NCBI RefSeq assembly: GCF_009914755.1 | Contig: NC_060938.1 | Strand: one strand, 5' to 3' | Length of the DNA: 64,000 nucleotides | DNA from: the human T2T-CHM13v2.0 reference genome, Homo sapiens | Part shown: in pieces, positions 56,401 through 64,000 of the stretch | How the letters are laid out: every line of letters begins with the position of its first letter | How positions within the stretch are numbered: the stretch's first letter is position 1 | Notes under the pieces: generated by a model | What the model saw: the letters and a program-made list of their open reading frames with translations, nothing else | Databases searched by the model: none | What the model was told of the DNA's origin: nothing | Position numbers and translations under genes: made by a program

Positions 56401-59149
56401 CCCTGGGTGACAGAGTGAGATTCTGTCAAAAGAAAGGAATAGAATTGATTGGAGTATAATGGAATGGAATGGAATGGAGTGGAGTGAAGTGGAGTGGAGT
56501 TGAGTGGAATAGAGTCTAAAGGAACCAGATGGAATTTAGTGGAGTGCTGTGGAGTGGAATGAAATGGAATGGAATGGAGTGGAATGGATGCGTTGGAGTG
56601 GAGTGGAATGGAATGGAATGGAACGGAATGGAATGGAACGCAGTGGAATGGAATGGTGTAATGAAATGTGAGCTGAGATTGTGCCACTGCACTCCAGCCT
56701 GGGAGACAGAGTGAGATCCTGTCAAAAGAAAGGAATGAAACATAATTGAGTGCAATGGAATGGAATGGCGTGGAGTGGAATGTAGTGAAGTGGAGTGGAC
56801 TCGAGTGGACTGAAGCGGAGTGGAGGGGAACGGAGGGGAATGCAATGGGATGGAGTTGAATGGAATGGAGTGGAGTGGAGAGGAGTGGAGTGGAATGGAG
56901 TGAAATGGAATGGGATGGAATGGAGTGGAGTGGAGTGGGGTGGAATGGAATGGAGTGGAATGGAATGGAAAGCAATGGAGTGGAATAGAATGGAGTGGAG
57001 TTAAATGGAGTGGAGTGGAGTGGAGTGGAGTGCAATGGAATGGAATGGAATTGAAAGGAATGGAATGGAATGGAATGGAATGGAATGGAATGGAATGGAA
57101 TGGAATGGAATGGAACGCTATGGAATTGAATGAAATGGAATGCAATGGAATGGAATGGTGAAATGAAAAGTGAGCTGAGATTGTGCCATTGCACTGCAGC
57201 CTGGGTGACAGAGTGAGATAATGTCAAAAGAAAGGTATGGAATGCAATGGAATGGAATGGAATGGAATGGAACGGAACGGAGTGGAGTGGAGTGTATTGG
57301 AGTGGAGTGGAGTGCAGTGGAGTGTAATGGGGTGGAATGCAATGGGATGTAGTCTAATAGAATGGAGTGGAGAGGAGTGGAATGGAGTGGAATGGAATGG
57401 GATGGAATGAAGTGGAGTGGAATGAAAGAAATGGAGTGGAGTGCAGTGGAATGGAATGAAATGGAATAGAATGGAATGGAATGGTGAAATGAAATGGGAG
57501 CTGAGATTGTGCCACTGCACTCCAGCCTGTGTGACAGAGTGAGATCCTGTCGAAAGAAAGGTATGGAATGGAATGGAGTTTAATGGAATGGAATGGAGTG
57601 GATTGGAGTAGAGTTTATTGGAGTGGAGTGGAATGCTGTGGAATGGAATGGGATGGAATGGAATAGAACGGAATGGAGTGGAGTAGAGTGGATTGGAGTG
57701 GAGTGCAATGGAGTGGAATAGAATGGGATTCAATGGAATGGAGTGGAGTGGAGTGGTGTGGAGTTGAGTGGACTGGAATGGAGTGGAATGGAATGGAATG
57801 GAATGGAGTGTAGTGTAGTGGAATGGAATGGAATGGAATGGAATGGAATGGAATGGAATGGAATGAAATGGAATGGTGAAATGAAATGTGAGCTGAGATA
57901 GTGGCGCTGCACTCCAGCCTGGGTTACACAGTGAGATCCTGTCAAAAGAAATGAATGGAACGGAATGGAGTGGAATGGAATGGAATAGAATGGAGTGGAG
58001 TGGAGTGGAGAGAAGTGGAGTGGAGTGGAGTGGAGGGGAAAGGAGTGGAATATGATGGGATGGATTAAGGTCGATTGGAATGTAGTGGACTAGACTGGAG
58101 TGGAGTGGATTGGAGTGGAATGGAGTGGAATGGAATGGGATGGTTTGGGATGGAGTGGAGTGGACTGGAGGGGGATGGAGTGGATTAAATGGAATGAAAT
58201 GGAATGGAGTTGTATGGAATGAAGTGGAGTGGAGTTGAGTGGAGTGCAGTGGAATGTTATGGAATGGAATGGAATGGAATGGAATGGAATGGAATGGAAT
58301 GGAATGGAATGCAATGCAATGGAATGGTGAAGTGAAATGTTAGCTGAGATTGCTCCACTGCACTCCAGCCTGGGCAACAGAGTGAGATCCTGTCGAAAGA
58401 ATGGAATGGAATGGAATGTAGTGGTGTGGGATGGAATGGAATGGAAGGGAGTGGAGTGGACTGGAGTGGAGTGGAGTGCAATGGAGTTGAATGCAATGGG
58501 ATGTAATGGAAGGGAGTGGAGTAGAGTGTAGTGGAATGGAGTGGGATGCATTGGAATGGAGTTTAGTGGAGTGAAGTGCAGTGTAGTGGAATGGAATGGA
58601 GTGGAATGGAATTGAATGGAATGCAATGGAATGGAATTGAGTGGAATGGAGTAGAATGGAATGGTGAAATGAAATGTGAGCTGAGATTGTGCCACTTCAC
58701 TCCAGACTGGTTGACAGGGTGAGATACTGTGAAAAGAAAGGAGTGGAGTGGAGTGGAGTTGAATGCAATGGGATGGAATGGAATGGAGTGAAGTGGAGTC
58801 GAGTGGACTTGATTGGAGTGGAGTGGAATGGAGAGAACTGGAATATGATGGAATGGAATGGAGTGCAGTGAAGTGGAGTGGAGTTGAACGGATTGAATGG
58901 AAAGGAATGGCATGTAATGTAATGGAATGGAATGGTGAAATGAAACGTGAGCTGAGATTTTGCCACTGCCTTGCAGCCTGGGTTACAGAGGGAGATCCTG
59001 TCGAAAGAAATGAATGGAATGGAATGGAGTGGGATGGAACGGAATGGAATGGAATGGAATGGAGTGGGGTGGAGTGCAGTGGAGTGGAGTGGAGTGGAAT
59101 GGAGTGAAATGGAATGCGAAAGAATGGAATTCAGTGGAGTGGATTGGAG
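47487..59149 (+). repeat. Satellite III-like (HSat3) array of mixed GGAAT/GGAGT pentamers, ~11.7 kb
   Basis: Continuous purine-rich pentamer runs (ggaat)n, (ggagt)n with variants gcaat, ggatt, gaaat; abrupt junctions with alpha satellite on both sides. Confidence 0.95.
48282..59003 (+). repeat. 23 interspersed ~57-bp Alu right-arm 3'-end cassettes within the satellite III array
   Basis: Consensus (ggtgaaatgaaat)gtgagctgagattgtgccactgcactccagcctgggtgacagagtgagatcctgtc(gaaagaaagg), starting at 48282, 50108, 51476, 52284, 52539, 53254, 53461, 53632, 54184, 54506, 54783, 55095, 55557, 55819, 56095, 56372, 56668, 57170, 57496, 57888, 58339, 58676, 58947; aligns to the 3' end of the intact Alu in this window (34701-34758). 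Confidence 0.93.
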
Positions 59150-62100
59150 CACTTTGAGGCCTATGGTGGAAAAGGAAATATCTTCACATGAAACCTAGAC
59201 AGAAGAATTCTGAGAAACTTCTTTGTGATGTGTGCGGTCTTCTCACAGAGTTGAACCTTTCTTTTTATTGAGCAGTTTGGAAACACTCTTTTTGTAGAAT
59301 CTGCAAGTGGACATTTGGAGCGATTTGAGGCATATTTAAAAAAAAATCTTCACATGAAAACTAGACGGAAGCATTCTGACAAACTTCTTTGTGATATGTG
59401 CATTCATCTCAAAGAGTTGAAATTTTCTTTTGATTCAGCAGTTTTGAAACACCCTTTTTGTAATATCTGCAAGTGGACATTTGGCGTGCATTGAGGCCTA
59501 TGATGGAAAAGGAAATATCTTGACAAAAACTAGACAGAAGCATTCTGACAAATTTCTTTGTGATGTGCGCATTCATCTCACAGGTTTGAACCTTTCATTT
59601 GATTGAACAGCTTTGAAACACTTTGTACAATCTGCATGTGGGAATTTGGAGCCCTTTGAAGCCTATGGTGGAAAAGGAAGTATCTTCATATAAAAACTAT
59701 ACAGAAACATTCTGACAAACTTCTTTGTGATGTGTGCATTCATCTCGCAGATTTGAACCTTTCTTTTGATTGAGCAGTTTGGAAACACTCTTTTTGTACA
59801 ATCTGCAAGTGGATATTTGGAGTTTTCAGGCCTATGGTGGAAAAGGAAATATCTTCACATAAAAACTAGACAGAAGCATTCTGAGAAACTTCTTTGTGAT
59901 GTGTGAATTCACCTCACAGACTGGAAATTTTCTTTTGATTGAGCAGTTTGGAAACACTCTTTTTGTAGAATCTGCAAGTGGACATTTTGAGCACTGCGAG
60001 GCCTAGTGTGGAAAAGGCAACATCTTCACATCGAAACTAGAAAGAATCATTCTGACAAACTTCTTTTGGATGTGAGCATGCAGCTCCCAGAGTTGAACCT
60101 TACTTTCGATTGAGCAGGTCTGAAAAACCCTTTTGGAAGAATCTGCAAGTGGACATTTGGAGCGCTTTGCAGGCTATGGTGGAAAAGGAAATATTTTCAC
60201 ATAAAAACTAGACAGAATCATTCTGACAAACTTCTTTGTGATGTGTGCATTCATCTGACAGGGTTGGAATTTTCTTTTGGTTGATCAGTTTTGAAACACA
60301 TTTTGTAGAATTTGCAAAAGGACATTTGGAGTGCTTTGAGGCCTGCGGTGGAAAAGAAAATATCTTCACTTAGGTGCTAGACAGAAGCTTTCTGAGAACC
60401 TTCTTTGTGATGTGTGCATTCATCTCACAGAATTTAACCTTACTTTTGATTGAGCTGTTTTGAAACACTCTTGTTGTAGAATCTGCAATAGGACATTTGG
60501 AGCGCTTTGCGAACTATGGTGGAAAAGGAAATATCTTCACATAAAAACTAGTCAAAAGATTTCTGACAAACTTCATCTCACAGAGCTGAATCTTACTTTC
60601 GATTGAGCAGTTTTGAAACACTTTTTTTGTAGAATCTGCAGGTGGACATCTGGAGTGCTTTGAGACCTAAGTTGGAAAATGAAACATCTTCACATAATAA
60701 ATAGAAGCATTCTCAGAAACTACTTTGTGATGTGTGCACTCATCTCACAGAGTTGAAACTTTCTTTTGATTGAGTAGCTTTGAAACACTCTTTTTGTAGA
60801 CCCTGCAAGTGGACATTTGGAGTGCTAGGAGGTCTATGGTGGAAAACTAAATATCTTAACATAAAATCCTACAGAAATATTCTGAGAAACTACTTTGTGA
60901 TGTGTGCATTCATCTCACAAAGCTGAAACTTTCTTTTGATTGAGCAGTTTTGAAACACTCTTTTTGTAGTATCTGAAAGCGTACATTTGGAGCGCTTTGG
61001 GGCCTATGGTGGAAAAGGAACTATCTTCACATAAAAACTAGACAGAATCATTCTGAGAAAATTCTTTGTGATGTGTGCATTCATCTTAGAGAGTTGAACT
61101 TTCTTTTGATTGAGCAGTTTTGAAAAACTCATTTGTAGAATCTGCAATTCGTTATTTGGAGCGCTTTGAGGCCTACGGTGGAAAAGGAAATATCTTCACA
61201 TAAAACTAGACAGAAGCATGCTGAGAAACTTCTTTATGATGTGTGCACTCATCTCACAGACTCGAAACTTTCTTTTGATTCAGCAGTTTGGAAACACTCT
61301 ATTTGTGGAATCTGCAAGTGGATATTTGGAGTGCTATACTGCCTATAGTGGAAAAGGAAATATCTTCACATAAAAATTAGACAGAAGCATTCTGAGCAAC
61401 TCTTTTGACATGTGTGCATTCGCGTGACAGAGTTGAAATTTTCTTATGATGGAGCAGTTTTGAAACATTCTTTTTTAGAATCTGCAAGTGGATATTTGGA
61501 GTGCTTTGAGGCCTGTTTTGGAAAAGGAAATGTCTTCACATAAAAACTAGACAGAAGCATTCTGAGAAACTTCTTTGTAATTTGTCCATGCATCTCACAG
61601 AGTTGGAGAATTTTCAATTTAGCAGTTTTGAAATACTCTTTTTGTAGAATCTACAAGTGGACATTTTGGGAGCTTTGAGGCCTATGGTAGAAAACAAAAT
61701 ATCTTCACATAAAATCTAGACAGAAGCAAAATGAGAAACTTCTTTGGGATGTGTGCATTCATCTCACAGAGGTAAAACTTTCTTTTGATTGAGCAGTTTT
61801 AAAACTCTCTTTTTGTAGGATCTGTAAGTGGACTTTTGGAGTGCTTTGAGTCCCACGGTGGAAAAGGAAATATCTTCACATAAAAGCTAGACAGAAGAAT
61901 TCTGAGAAACGTCTTTGTGATCTGTGCGTTCAAATCACAGAGTTGAAATTTTCTTTTGATTGAGTAGTTTGGAAACACTATATTTTTAGAATCTGAAAGT
62001 GGACATTTGGAGCACTTTGCAGCCTATGTTAGAAAAGGAAATATCTTCGCATAAAATCTAGACAGAAGCAAACTGAGAAACTTCTTTGTGATGTGCGCAT

Positions 62101-62310
62101 TCATCTCAGAGAGTGAAACCTTTCTTTTGATTGAGCAGTTCTGAAACTCTTTTTGTTGAATCTGCAAGAGGAAATTGGGAGGGCTTTGAGGCCTAGGGTG
62201 GAAAAGGAAATATCTTCACAAAAAACAAGACAGAAGAGTTCTGAGAAACTTTTTTGTGAGGTGTGCGTTCATCTCACAGAGTTGAAGCTTTCTTTTGATT
62301 GAGCAGTTTT
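59144..62310 (+). repeat. Divergent alpha satellite, forward orientation
   Basis: Resumes at ttggagcactttgaggcctatggtggaaaagg; mostly cattctgacaaac/cattctgagaaac monomers, with dimeric-type monomers after ~61690. Confidence 0.97.

Positions 62311-64000
<1,690 letters not shown>

Noticed and set aside
48282-59003. CRISPR-like repeat-spacer appearance
   Set aside because: The repeats are degenerate Alu fragments, the spacers are low-complexity satellite of very variable length, there are no cas genes, and the DNA is primate.
47487-59149. Heat-shock elements or telomere-like function in the pentamer array
   Set aside because: The GAA units are direct repeats rather than canonical inverted nGAAn arrays, and no TTAGGG tracts were seen. 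HSF1 binding is known for some satellite III arrays but cannot be inferred for this one from sequence.
47527-59198. Long ORFs up to 547 aa made of MEWNG/HSIPF repeats
   Set aside because: Pure (GGAAT)n and (GGAGT)n contain no stop codons on either strand, so long ORFs are expected; no evidence of coding.

Overview
Primate, almost certainly human (it carries an AluYa5), pericentromeric heterochromatin with no protein-coding genes. About 46 kb is divergent monomeric/relic-dimeric alpha satellite (~171-bp units, pJalpha-type boxes, no CENP-B boxes seen). It falls into three recognisable sequence layers and changes orientation three times (~24789, ~37720 and across the satellite-III block). It is interrupted by three dead L1PA2/PA3-type fragments (one a clear twin-priming 5'-inversion) and one full-length AluYa5 with a perfect TSD. 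An ~11.7-kb (GGAAT/GGAGT)n satellite-III-like block lies at 47487-59149. The most unusual structure is inside that block: 23 co-oriented copies of a ~57-bp Alu 3'-end cassette with fixed boundaries, separated by variable pentamer spacers whose lengths keep a 5-bp phase, i.e. a composite Alu-cassette/HSat3 macro-repeat. All supplied ORFs are either L1 ORF2 remnants or artefacts of satellite/Alu sequence. Coordinates were read by hand (about +/-5 bp at junctions, +/-100 bp for layer boundaries) and no database search was run.
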